Source: Octopus sinensis
Taxonomy: Eukaryota
Assembly (NCBI RefSeq): GCF_006345805.1
Contig: NW_021836120.1
Coordinates: 1 to 25,222, forward strand
Length of the DNA stretch: 25,222 bases
Reading direction: 5' to 3'
Every line of letters begins with the position of its first letter. Position 1 is the first letter of the stretch. Positions 1 through 10,890 of this stretch are shown piece after piece. The notes under the pieces are model-generated. The model searched no databases. It worked only from the letters and a program-made list of their open reading frames with translations, and was not told the origin of the DNA. Made by a program: the position numbers and the translations under genes.

Positions 1-379
1 AATATTTCTATGACATGTGATAGCTTTTAATATAAAATTCTCCATGGGATCCATTGGAATTATAAACACGGTCTTGCATGGACTTATCTAGAAAATGTTT
101 GCGAGAGCGGAACCGACGCATGCTCCAAGAGTTGCCGAATGAATTGCAGGAGTGAAAATTTACTTAACTTCCTCTTTTGTAATTTTGAATAAAACAAAAT
201 GGTCGATGGCAGGTATTGCAAGGGGGATAATAACGTCTTCGTCATATTTGGTCGGAATAGCAATTTGAGTATGAAATTAGGGAGTTTCACAAACGCGCAC
301 ACATACACACACATACACACATACTTACACACACACACACACGCCACACACACACACACACACCACACACAAACACACA

Positions 380-822
380 GGAGGAAGCGTAGCTGTGTGG
401 GAAGAAGCTTGCTTCGCAGCCACATAGCTCCGGGTTCAGTCCCACTCCATGACACCTAGGCCAAAGGTCATATGCTATAGCCTGGAGCAGACCAGAGCCT
501 TCAGTGGATTTGGTAGTCAGAAACTGAAACAAACCTCTTGTATCTATCTATCTAATCTATAATATATATATATATATATAATAATATATATATATATATA
601 TATTATATATGTTTGTGTGTTTGTATTTGTCGCTCCATCATTGCTTGACAACGGACATTGGTGTGTTTACGTCCCCGTAACTTAGCGGCTTGGCAAAAGG
701 GACCGATACTATAAGTACTAGGCTTAAAAAGAATAAGTCTAGGAGTCGATTTGTTCGACCAAATGCAGTGCTCCAGTATGGCCGCAGGCAAATGACTGAA
801 ACAAATAAAACAAATAAAAGAA
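380..822 (+). mobile_element. tRNA-derived SINE, family A (CORE-like), full length, diverged
   Basis: Head with A-box-like TAGCTGTGTGG and B-box-like GGTTCAGTCCC, internal (TA)n/(TG)n tract, 3' part ending GCAGGCAAATGACTGAAACAAATAAAA. Collinear with the copy at 14018-14425. Confidence 0.9.
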
Positions 823-837
823 TATTATATATAAATA

Positions 838-944
838 TCCTTTCGGGATCGATAAATTAGGTACTAATTGCGTACTGGGATCGATCTAATCGACTGACCC
901 CTCTTCAAAAATTTCGGTCCTTTGGCCTAGAGTAGAAAGGATTA
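838..944 (+). mobile_element. SINE family B, 5'-truncated 3' half
   Basis: TCCTTTCGGGATCGATAAATTAGGTAC...GATCTAATCGACTGACCCC...TAGAGTAGAAAGGATTA matches the units of the 22287-23194 array and the reverse complement of 14452-15123. Confidence 0.85.
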
Positions 945-1016
945 CTACTCAGTTTTCTTCATACATTTTATACCCGTAGTCACTCCTTTACTCCTATACG
1001 TAGTTGTGTTACTCAC

Positions 1017-1098
1017 AGACAACTCTGGTCGACAAGTTATATGCCATGCAATTTGATCTGCTTTCTGGCTTGAAAAATACTTGATGTAAACTCGTGTG
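1017..1098 (-). other. Candidate 82-nt internal exon (unverified)
   Basis: Minus strand: acceptor ATATCTGTTACAG| and donor |GTGAGT; open in two frames (TRVYIKYFSSQKADQIAWHITCRPELS or HTSLHQVFFKPESRSNCMAYNLSTRVV). No recognisable homology. Confidence 0.22.
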
Positions 1099-1553
1099 CT
1101 GTAACAGATATTCTCGGGAAGGTCATTACACCCACAATCAAAACACACACTGGTTTATTTGACTTCTTTTATGATTCGTAGTTATTTGGTTAGCAATGTA
1201 GATAATTAACTTAACGATTGGTTGATTAATCACCCAGTCAATCAATCAATCAAGGAAGCAAGTAAGCAAACAAATAAATGTTCAGAGTCTTTTGGAAAGT
1301 CTTGAGACAGACCTAGAGTAGAGATGCCATTGGTGTGTTCACGAACAGCGACAAAAATACTGCGACAAACGTAGATGAGTGATTGATTGAGTAACTAAAG
1401 TAATAATCAAGCAACCGATTAATTAATTCCGGAAATGGCTAAACAATTGATTAATGGTAATAGACGAAATGAAAGAGAACCACTCCATGTCGTCATTGGC
1501 ATAAGAATGCTATAAAATATTTCACGCGATAAATAAAATATGTTACGTATATA

Positions 1554-1716
1554 GGCGCAGGAGTGGCTGTGTGGTAAGCAGCTTGCTTACCAACCATATG
1601 GTTCCGGGTTCAGTCCCACTGCGTGGCACCTTGGGCAAGTGTCTTCTACTATAGCCTCGGGCCGACCAAAGCCTTGTAAGTAGATTTGGTCGACGGAAAC
1701 TGAAAGAAGCCTGTCG

Positions 1717-1747
<31 letters not shown>

Positions 1748-1935
1748 TTGTATATGTTTGTATGTCTGTGTTTGTCCCCCAACATCGCTTGACAACAGAC
1801 GCTGATGTGTTTACGTCCCCGTAACGTAGTAGTTCGGCAAAAGAGACCGATAGAATAAGTGCTAGGCTTACAAAGACCTAGGGTCGATTTGCTCGACTAA
1901 AGGCGGTGCCCCAGAGTAAAAGAGTAAATAAGTAA
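1554..1935 (+). mobile_element. SINE family A, near full length, with a short deletion removing the 3' stem-loop
   Basis: GGCGCAGGAGTGGCTGTGTGGTAAG...GGTTCAGTCCCACTGCGTGGCACCTTGGGCAAGTGTC...(TA)n(TG)n...GGCGGTGCCCCAG then directly AGTAAAAGAG. Confidence 0.95.
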
Positions 1936-2042
1936 ATAGTATATAGCGAGAGGAACGAAAATCTTCGTACAACAGACTACAATGCCGTGCAGAGACTAGC
2001 GTTCCTGCCCAGACGGTATTGGCTTCTTCTAGGGCACGGGAT

Positions 2043-2290
2043 ATCTTTTTATTTATTTCTTGTTGCAGTCATTGTACAGCAGCCATGATAAGACACTACT
2101 GTGAACAATTTTAGTCGAACAAATAGACCTCAGTAATTATTATTCTTTTGTAAAACCTGGTACTTACTTAATCGGATTCTTTTGCCGAATCCTTAACTAA
2201 CTGGGAGGTAAACACACCAACAATTAAATGTAAACTGGGGCGGGGGGGGGGCAAACTCAAACACAATGACACACATGTACGCATACAGAT
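2043..2290 (-). mobile_element. SINE family A (older subfamily), 3' half, diverged
   Basis: TTGCAGTCATT...TTTTAGTCGAACAAATAGACC...CCTGGTACTTA...CTTTTGCCGAA...GTAAACACACCAAC aligns to the reverse complement of the family A 3' half. Confidence 0.8.
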
Positions 2291-2384
2291 ATGCATATGA
2301 ACATACATACCTAAAAACATACATGCATACATACGTACATACATACACAAAACAAAACATATAAATCTGCGCGTATACATACAA

Positions 2385-2473
2385 AAAGTACCCGGTTCAT
2401 GTTGTTGAAATTCAAATGAAGGAGCCTTGGATCTAGGTTAGAAACCGGCTCTTTCTCTATTGGCAAGAAATCT
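2385..2473 (+). repeat. Short microsatellite-associated interspersed repeat with a hammerhead-like GAAAC-CGG motif
   Basis: Follows a (TACA)n tract; contains hairpin AGCCT-TGGATCT-AGGTT then AGAAACCGG. Recalled as a common octopus repeat (not verified). Confidence 0.35.
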
Positions 2474-2877
2474 ATATTACCTCAAAAATGGACTGCAATC
2501 TTGCTTGTTTGGCTGCTTGTTTGCGATGCTACATTGCCAGACCGACGCATAATGGGAAAATAATTCGGAAGTAAGGCGCTTCTGAAATGTGAATACAAAA
2601 CGAATAAAACAAGTTCTGCGTAAATCGGAAATATTCGGGGTTTTAGGGGTATAAATACCCAAAACGGTTCATAATGGGAAAATACTCCGAAAATAACTTA
2701 ACCCTGAAAGTGAAGACCTTTCCATTAGATAAATTATGATGGACAAAGTATTTTAAAGTGAAAACGACTTTAAAAATACGGTAAATATTTCGTAAAAGAA
2801 CCGTTCGTAACATCCTTGTGAATTGGGTTTTTTTTCGGAGGTTTCTTTGGAGTGTATTCAACGTATCACACCTCCAA

Positions 2878-2994
2878 AGATTTGACTCCTATTTCTAGCA
2901 TTCCATGCTACCACCACGAAAAGCTATTCGCGATACAGGACCCGAAATACCTGTTACGTGGTAGCAGGATGTTCAAGAAATAGCAGCCAAATCT
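2878..2994. mobile_element. MITE-like element with ~40-bp imperfect terminal inverted repeats
   Basis: AGATTTGACTCCTATTTCTAGCATTCCATGCTACCACCACG (2878-2918) versus CGTGGTAGCAGGATGTTCAAGAAATAGCAGCCAAATCT (2957-2994), whose reverse complement is AGATTTGGCTGCTATTTCTTGAACATCCTGCTACCACG. Confidence 0.65.
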
Positions 2995-3214
2995 TTCCTT
3001 TTCTGGGGAAAGGAGCCGTTTACGCGTGATTTAGATGTCACATTCGTTGAAAGAATGCGAAATAACGCGGAAAAGAAGCAAAAGTCCATGAAACAAAACG
3101 CTGTTCCTGAGAAACTCCCACTTTCCCGGTATCTTGAATTATTGGTGAACACAGGGATCTAGACTTGAAATAAAACTGAATAACGACACACACACGTACA
3201 CATATATACATACT

Positions 3215-3383
3215 AAGGACTTCCTTCAGTTTCCGCCTATCAAATCAGTCTGCCAAGTGTACTCACAAGCCTTTGGTTCTGCCGATGGTATTGCAGAAAA
3301 CATTTGCCCAAGGTGCTACGCGGTGAAATTGAACTCAAAACAATGTTGTTGAGAAGCAAACTACTTACCACACAGCCATGCGT
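3215..3383 (-). mobile_element. SINE family A-like head and CORE region, diverged
   Basis: Reverse complement reads GGCTGTGTGGTAAGTAGTTTGCTTCTCAAC...TGAGTTCAATTTCACCGCGTAGCACCTTGGGCAAATG...GGCGGAAACTGAAGGAAG. Confidence 0.85.
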
Positions 3384-3829
3384 ATTAAAGCACACTCAAC
3401 CATCAATTATATTCATTCAAAAAGTTTCGGCTATTACATCTAGCATGCTTAGAGACTCCGTCATGAACCATATGCCTAAAATCATACAAACGTTGTATAT
3501 CTTTTTCTGTAGGTATATATTTGTCTATATATCGCTTTGATTAATACTAACTATATATTTATCTATCTATCACAGTCACCCACATTTTCCGGACACTTCT
3601 TTTAGTTCCACTCCAGCGTTTTCACATTCTTCTGATCATGTGGGCTGTTCATTTACAGTATTAAATATATGGAACTATAATCCATGGCGAGAATCTGCCA
3701 AATATATCATCAAACATGACAAAAATCCGATAATTTCTGTTATTTATAACATAACGGAATACTTTTGTACTCTTGTGTAAATATATATCAAGATAGGATG
3801 GTGGGATTTATGCCCATTGCTTGTACTAA

Positions 3830-3836
3830 TACACAC

Positions 3837-3909
<73 letters not shown>

Positions 3910-4049
3910 GTATATACCATATATATACTATATACATTTATACATACATATGTATATATAGAGAGAAAGAGAGATAGATAGATATAGATATATATAAATA
4001 TATACATAGAGACACTCATATATATAATTAGATAAATATATATATGTTG

Positions 4050-4081
<32 letters not shown>

Positions 4082-4485
4082 CAAAGTAGTAAATACTGTA
4101 GTATTGCATTACTAATTTATATATATATATATATGGATACATAAATATATATATATATATGTATATATTAATACACATATAAATATGTGTATATATAAAT
4201 ACACATATATAAATATGTGTATATACATATATGTATGTATTGGCGTGTAAAGAGCGCGAGGGTGAACGGAAAGGGGAGAGGGGGAGAAGCAAGAGGGAGT
4301 GAATTGAGAAAAAGAAAGAGAAAAAGTGAAAGGGAAAATAGAAAATGGTATTGGTTACATGATAGATAAGCGGATAAATGAATAGATGGTTAGCTAGATT
4401 AAACGAATATACCGATGCATGCTCATTTTACTACGTACATATATATATGTATATAGATATATATATATATATATATATACCACAC

Positions 4486-4520
<35 letters not shown>

Positions 4521-4534
4521 GTATATATATATAT

Positions 4535-4566
<32 letters not shown>

Positions 4567-4836
4567 GATAGATAGTAGTATACAAATATATATAGTGAGA
4601 TAGATAGATAGATAGATAGATAGGTAGGTAGGTAGGTAGATAGGTAGATAGATATGTATATACATGTATATGTATGTATGTGTGTGTGTGAGAGCACGTA
4701 CGTATATACGTGTTTTTTTATACCTATATATGCAGAGAAAATGAATTATAAAAAGGTGGAGAAAAAAGAGAGGTAGAAGGTGACAGTATCAGGGAGAGAG
4801 AAAGAGAGAAAGAGAGAAAAAAGAGCAACAGATAAC

Positions 4837-4888
<52 letters not shown>

Positions 4889-4995
4889 CAGAGAGATAGA
4901 TAGATAGATAGATAGATAGACAAAACAGAGAGATAGATAGATAGAGGGGAGAAAGAGAAAATCGGCGAGTGGTAGAGGGAGACAGAGATAGAGAG
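3830..4995. repeat. Compound microsatellite block: (TA)n, (GATA)n, (GGTA)n, (GA)n
   Basis: Directly visible simple repeats with short purine-rich interruptions. Confidence 0.95.
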
Positions 4996-5239
4996 AGGTG
5001 AGTGCTATATCGCTCCGGGTTGTAGCAAAGCAATCAAGTGAAGATCGATGGCCTATTATGTGGTTTATGACTGTGTGTTACTCGGTTACAGCCCTTGAAT
5101 AATAAACCTCTCCTGTTTCCAATATAGCTTTTTTTTTTCACTAGCGCACGGTACATATTTATATATTTTCAAAAAGATTGCATCACATAAACCGGTGCTT
5201 ACTTATACACAATGTTTCATTCATATACTTTTAGGTTTA

Positions 5240-5688
5240 CTTCTTTGTAATATACATACATACATACATATATACGTACATATATTTATATATACGTATA
5301 TATATATGTATATATATGTATTTATGTATGTACGTATGTATGTATATATATATATATATATTTATGCATATATATTCATGTATGTATATATATATATATA
5401 TATATGTAAGCATATGTTTATGTATATACGTAAAAGTATATGCAGATTTATATATATATATGTATATATATACGCATTTATATCTATATCTATATTTATA
5501 TATGCATACAGAATACACATACATACACATATATATAATTATATATATATATATGTATGCATGTATGTATATTTCGTAGGTATATCAGCATGCGTGTATA
5601 TGCGTGTTCAATTGCCTATATATGTGCGAACAATGATGTAGAAGTATATACATTTCTCTACATGTCAATATGTGTGGCATATATATGT

Positions 5689-5720
<32 letters not shown>

Positions 5721-5870
5721 GTTTACATATATACATCATTATACATGTAAACATATATATATATACATATGAACAAATTTGCCTGCCTGTGTGTAGTGAT
5801 ATATATATATATTATATATATATATATAGGTATATATAAATATATAAAGATACATATATACATTCATATG

Positions 5871-5917
<47 letters not shown>

Positions 5918-6020
5918 ATATGTATGTGGGGCATGTATTATATATACATATACATATATATATAATATATATAACATACACACACCACACACACACACAC
6001 ACACATACACATATATATAT

Positions 6021-6055
<35 letters not shown>

Positions 6056-6080
6056 CTATATATATACATACATACATACA
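5240..6080. repeat. Compound (TA)n/(TACA)n/(CA)n microsatellite
   Basis: Directly visible. Confidence 0.95.
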
Positions 6081-6339
6081 CACATATATAGGCACAGAAT
6101 TTTTGCGTTATTGCATGACTGTTCGCTATATTTAATCGAAGCTCTCACAATGAAACCGGAAGCTAATTTTCCTGTCTGGAAGCAACATAATAATAAAAAA
6201 TACTAATAACAATAAAAACATCGGCAACAAAATTTCTGTAGATATCATTTTGGGAAGTTAATAAAACACATATTGATGTTTTACTTATATGGACTGTGCA
6301 GACTTCTAAACTTACATATACATTTATGTGATTCCACAT

Positions 6340-6415
6340 ACATAAATCCATATATACGAATATATATATGTATCATATATGTATTTATATATGCAAACAT
6401 AATACATATATATGC

Positions 6416-6461
<46 letters not shown>

Positions 6462-6850
6462 GTATGTATGTACATATGTGTATATGTATATGTATATCTA
6501 TATCTATGTATATATATATATAATATATATATATATATACCTCTATAGACATGTGCATACGTGTATGTGTATATACACTCGCACTTAGGCACACACCAAC
6601 GCCGACACAGAAGTCACCACGCAATAACACACGCATAGGGACTCCTACATACTTATACATATTCCTGTGTCCATGTACGAATATAAAAAATGTTTTATCT
6701 CTTTCACAGCGAACATTTATGCAGTGCCATATATGTGCATACACATACATACATGCATACCTACAAACACGCACATACATACTAACATGCATGCATATAT
6801 ATATATACACACACATATCTTTGCATGTATATGTGTGTCTGAATATGTAT
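6340..6850. repeat. Degenerate (TA)n/(CA)n/(TACA)n microsatellite
   Basis: Directly visible. Confidence 0.9.
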
Positions 6851-6973
6851 CTCTATGTATACTTTTTTATAGTGTATGTATGGAAAAACCATATCCCATA
6901 AACCATGCTTGTAAGTTTGTTCGACTGAGCTTTTTCTTATATCCTAATGCATTTTTATATTCATCTTTTTTTA

Positions 6974-7009
6974 GTTCTTGAAAAAAGATCACCTACCGAA
7001 ACGTAGCAA
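6974..7009 (+). ncRNA. Degenerate minimal hammerhead-like motif (U3:A8-type core)
   Basis: GTTC-TTGAAAA-AAGATCACCTACC-GAAAC-GTA-GCAA; ACGT palindromic stem III present, but stems I and II pair poorly. Confidence 0.25.
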
Positions 7010-7192
7010 ATATTTGTTGTCTTTTTCAGTTTTATTATAATACTTTTTGCTCGTGTTTTGCTATTTCTATGTTGCCTGATCTGTTTCTGAATTATATTCT
7101 ATGAGCATACATGTGTAATACCTACATATTTCTCTCTCTCTCTCCCTTTCTCTCCCTTTCTTTCGTTCTCTCGCCATTTGTTTTCCTCTCAA

Positions 7193-7322
7193 CCCTTTCT
7201 GTTGAAGTGCGTAATCCTGAAAGCTCGGAGACTCTTCCATTCTTTCCGAGCATCAAAATAATACACGTCCCTGTTGTTCTCTCACCTGTCTTCGTGTTTT
7301 GTTTTCAGTAAATTTGAAATAT
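7193..7322 (+). mobile_element. Microsatellite-flanked interspersed repeat ('family C'), diverged copy
   Basis: CCCTTTCTGTTGAAG...GAGACT...AATACA...TGTTGTT...CACCTGTCTTCGT is homologous to the reverse complement of 23417-23551. Confidence 0.7.
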
Positions 7323-7354
7323 AACACCACAACATACACACACTCACAGTGCTA

Positions 7355-7396
7355 TATAGATATATCTATATATATATATATATATATAATATATAG

Positions 7397-7447
<51 letters not shown>

Positions 7448-7450
7448 TAT
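7355..7450. repeat. (TA)n microsatellite, left flank of the hammerhead element
   Basis: Directly visible. Confidence 0.95.
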
Positions 7451-8099
7451 ATAATTTCAACAATTGAGGGTAAAATTAATTAATTATTAATCAATTTCAC
7501 CAAGTATTCAGATGTAAAGGGACCATTTTAGGCGAATTCAAAATATTACATTATATATAAGGGCTTAGTAAAATAAAATTACTTGCCACATACTGAACTC
7601 ATTAGAATAGTAGCTAAAATAACTTTTTTAGAACTATTCTAATACTTACAAGAAAATCTCTCTCAAATAGTGTTTGCTCAATTCAACTCACGAAAGTATG
7701 GGGGTAAAAGACATAAAAAATCAAATGCAAAGGTTATTTGAGAACGTACGTTTCAAGATTAGTCAACTCGACATTTCTATCATCAGCTCAGAACTCCTTG
7801 GTTTGGATTTGAAAAACATGAAAGTGGGGAGCATACCCTTTCGGCTTCTTATCGCTTCTGAAATATTGCTCGAACTAACAGTGCCAGCAAACCCCAAATA
7901 TGCAAGCGAAGAATTTCTGCTCTCCCCTTTCCACCAGCGTGGGTAAAATCAGTAAACACTATGCTTTCTTTCGGTAAAATCCGAAGCATTTAAATAGAGA
8001 GAGATGAATTATAATTTCAACAATTGAGGGTAAAATTAATTAACTATTAATCAATTTCACCAAGTATTCAGTATGTAAAGGGACCATTTTAGGCGAATT
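7451..8099 (-). mobile_element. Non-coding terminally redundant element (560-bp monomer + 88/89-bp direct repeat) in (TA)n; Penelope-pLTR/retrozyme-like
   Basis: 7451-7538 and 8011-8099 differ by one substitution and one 1-nt indel; (TA)n on both sides; internal type I hammerhead on the minus strand; no meaningful ORF. Confidence 0.75.
7739..7790 (-). ncRNA. Type I hammerhead ribozyme motif
   Basis: Minus strand TGAG-CTGATGA-T-AGAAATGTC-GAGTT-GACTAATCT-T-GAAAC-GTAC-GTT-CTCA: stem I TGAG/CTCA, intact CUGAUGA and GAAA core, stem II AGA/TCT plus GTC/GAC, palindromic stem III ACGTACGT, GUU cleavage triplet. Confidence 0.75.
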
Positions 8100-8141
8100 A
8101 TATATATATATATATATACATTGCGATACCAAACGTCTGAC

Positions 8142-8615
8142 ATATACTTGCGGTCCATGTAAGCACTCTTATTTATATCGTTAGCCAAAGATAATCACCC
8201 ACCATCCCTGCTACCGGGATCACATGTTTGTGACTGTCCTGAAGCTGGAGATAGCCTGGATTCCTCTGCTAGCGATATACGTGGAATTTCAGTGCCTAAT
8301 CAAGCAGTGGTGTCACAAATAGCAAGTTGTCTTATTAACAAAATAAGTAACAGCGACCGAAGCAGTATTAAAAAGAAAGTGTATTAACAATAAGGTGCTG
8401 TGTTAGAAAGCAGAATACTCCCTTTACTCTTACTCTTTTACTTGTTTCAGTCATTTGACTGCGGCCATGGTGGAGCACCGCTCTTAGTCGAGAAAATCGA
8501 GCCCAGGACTTATGCTATCGGTTTCTTTTGCCGAACCGCTAAGTTACGGGGACCTAAACATACCAGCATTGATTGTCAAGTGATGCTGGGGGTACAAACA
8601 CAGACACACAAACAT

Positions 8616-8646
<31 letters not shown>

Positions 8647-8912
8647 TGTATTTATACGACAGGCTTCTTTCAGTTTCCGTCTACCATATCCACTCAAGTG
8701 TTTGATCGGCCCGAGACTATTGTAGAAGACACTTGCTCAAGGTGCTACGCAGTGGGACTGAACCCAGAGCCATGTGGTTGGTAAGCAAGCTACTTACCAC
8801 ACAGCCACTCCTTCGATAATTACTATGAGAGAACCGCCCTTATATACTTGTGCATGTGAGCACTCTTGCCTATATCGCTAGCAGCAGATAATAAACCACC
8901 GTCGCCGCTACC
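8142..8912. repeat. Diverged ~72-bp direct repeat pair (8142-8215 and 8842-8912)
   Basis: ATATACTTG...CATGTAAGCACTCTT...TATATCGTTAGC...AGATAAT...CCACC...GCTACC versus ATATACTTG...CATGTGAGCACTCTT...TATATCGCTAGC...AGATAAT...CCACC...GCTACC. Confidence 0.7.
8423..8815 (-). mobile_element. SINE family A, full length, with a microhomology-type internal deletion
   Basis: Reverse complement of the family consensus from head (CACACAGCCACTCC) to tail (TTTACTCTTACTCTTTTACTTGTTTCAGTCATTTGACTG). Confidence 0.95.
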
Positions 8913-9459
8913 AGAATTAACAGATTATGTTATGTTGGTCTTTCGTGGCCTTGTGAAGGCTAGACGCTGGAAAGCTAGAAATAGCAGCGATTTCTTTGAT
9001 TTACATTGGGTAATGTAATATTAGAAGGGAAATTGTATCCGAAATGCATACAAATCGGTCTTGGCTGGAACGCATTCATTTCATCACATCTAATCTCAGT
9101 TCGGGTTAATCGAAGAAACAGGAATACAATGATAATAATAACCGGCTGGAATTTCTTTCCAAGCCATTGCTGATTGGACAATTTAGATTACATCGAATTA
9201 TTCTCATCATGTTGATAAGCAAACCGTTTCTTCCTCGTTGGCGATCGAATACAAATTATAGAAACTGAAGTCAAATATCTGACCTTCTGATCAATTTACT
9301 CCTCAATGGAATCTCCATCACTAAAATCGCAATTCCACATCAATTTCCTGTCAGCAAATTTCAAATTCTCTCTTTCTAAATACGACAGTTTTGTTATATT
9401 ATTTGTTTTTCTCTGTTTACTGGTTTTTCCTTAAAGAAAAATATCTTGTAGAAGTTGCT

Positions 9460-9479
9460 CTAATTATTATTATTATTAC

Positions 9480-9526
<47 letters not shown>

Positions 9527-9830
9527 TATTATTATTATTGTTGTTGTTGTTGTTATTATTATTACTATTATTATTATTATTATGTTTGTTGTTGTTGTTA
9601 TTGTTGTTGTTATCATTATTTTTAGCATTTCTCTTGTCAATTTTTGAACCCTTATTATAATATTCCTCATCCCCTTCCTCCCCTCTCCTTGTCTTCTTCT
9701 TCTTCTTCTTCTTTTTGAAATTGTTATTTAATATTTTCGTGATTTTTGTATTGTTATCAATGTTATTGTTAATATTATTGTGGTTTTATTAGAATTAATA
9801 ATATTATTATCATAATTGTTGCTCTTGTTC

Positions 9831-9865
<35 letters not shown>

Positions 9866-9895
9866 TTATTCTTATTCTTATTCTTATAATTATTA

Positions 9896-9956
<61 letters not shown>

Positions 9957-9960
9957 TGTG
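9460..9960. repeat. Compound trinucleotide repeats (ATT)n/(GTT)n/(TTC)n/(TATTCT)n
   Basis: Directly visible. Confidence 0.95.
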
Positions 9961-10578
9961 TCTTATTCCAAAATCAATCGAAACAAGCAGAACAATATCA
10001 ATATTTAAATAATTTGATCTATTTCATTGAAATGATAATCGAGGAGGTTAAGCGGAAGTTGATATCCTGAAGACGCTGTGCCATTTTGTATCCACTTCCG
10101 CCTTCATTCAGAAACGACAAAGGAACAACGTCACAAGCTTATACAGAAAGATGGAAGTATTTTCTACGTTGTCTACTTTCTTTCCAGGTCTACACATATA
10201 TTTCCCTATTTATTCACAGCAATGTATCCAAGCATTTATCTCTCCATCTCCCACTTTCTCTCTCTTTCTATTTATCTACGTATCTTTCAATATGAGCGTT
10301 TCTCGATCATATCTTTATATCGATCTATCCACCTCTCCGTCAATCTCGTCTAGACACATTTATACATTTCTCATTGTATAAATATGCGAGTGTATAAGTA
10401 TGCATATATGTACTCATGCATTCATATTGGTTTATCTCTTGAGTTAGTGTGACTGGGTAAATATTAGGCAAAACTGGAAGTTCCACTTCATAATAAATTC
10501 TATCAATAAAACGACGATCGACAAGTTAGCACAAATGTACACACAGAGATCCATCACACACCATCCACGAGCGTATGG

Positions 10579-10579
<1 letters not shown>

Positions 10580-10618
<39 letters not shown>

Positions 10619-10890
10619 CATACGCAAGTATATACATATATTTATTATATCTATGTAGACACAGATATACACAGACATATATATATATTATACATATATA
10701 TATGTTATATATATATATATCTATCTATATAATATATATATGTATATATATATATATAATATACATATATATATACATATATATTATATATAATATAGTA
10801 TTTATATATATACATATATATATATACATATATATATATTTATAATACTAATTTATATTTTATATGTATTTTTATTTGGGCATATATATA
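10580..10890. repeat. (TA)n-rich microsatellite
   Basis: Directly visible. Confidence 0.95.

Noticed and set aside
31-192. Cys-rich open frame (ENVCESGTDACSKSCRMNC) and an antisense LGACVGSALANIF string resembling a Penelope RT motif
   Set aside because: Short, bounded by stops, weak splice donor and no YxDD downstream; cannot be distinguished from chance.
3659-3780. Possible + strand exon LNIWNYNPWRESAKYIIKHDKNPIISVIYNITEYFCTL
   Set aside because: The acceptor is plausible but the donor is weak and there is no recognisable homology.
3765-6980. Numerous 60-150 aa ORFs (YIYI, HTHT, CVCV, IIII, LLLL, YYYY runs), here and across the window
   Set aside because: Translations of di-, tri- and tetranucleotide microsatellites, which lack stop codons in some frames; not genes.
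7674-7946. 90-aa ORF inside the terminally redundant element as a GIY-YIG or RT fragment
   Set aside because: TTG start, no GIY-YIG or YxDD motifs, and antisense to the hammerhead strand; treated as chance.
10067-10135. Hammerhead candidate CTGAAGA...GAAACG...CGTC
   Set aside because: Stem I and stem II do not pair.
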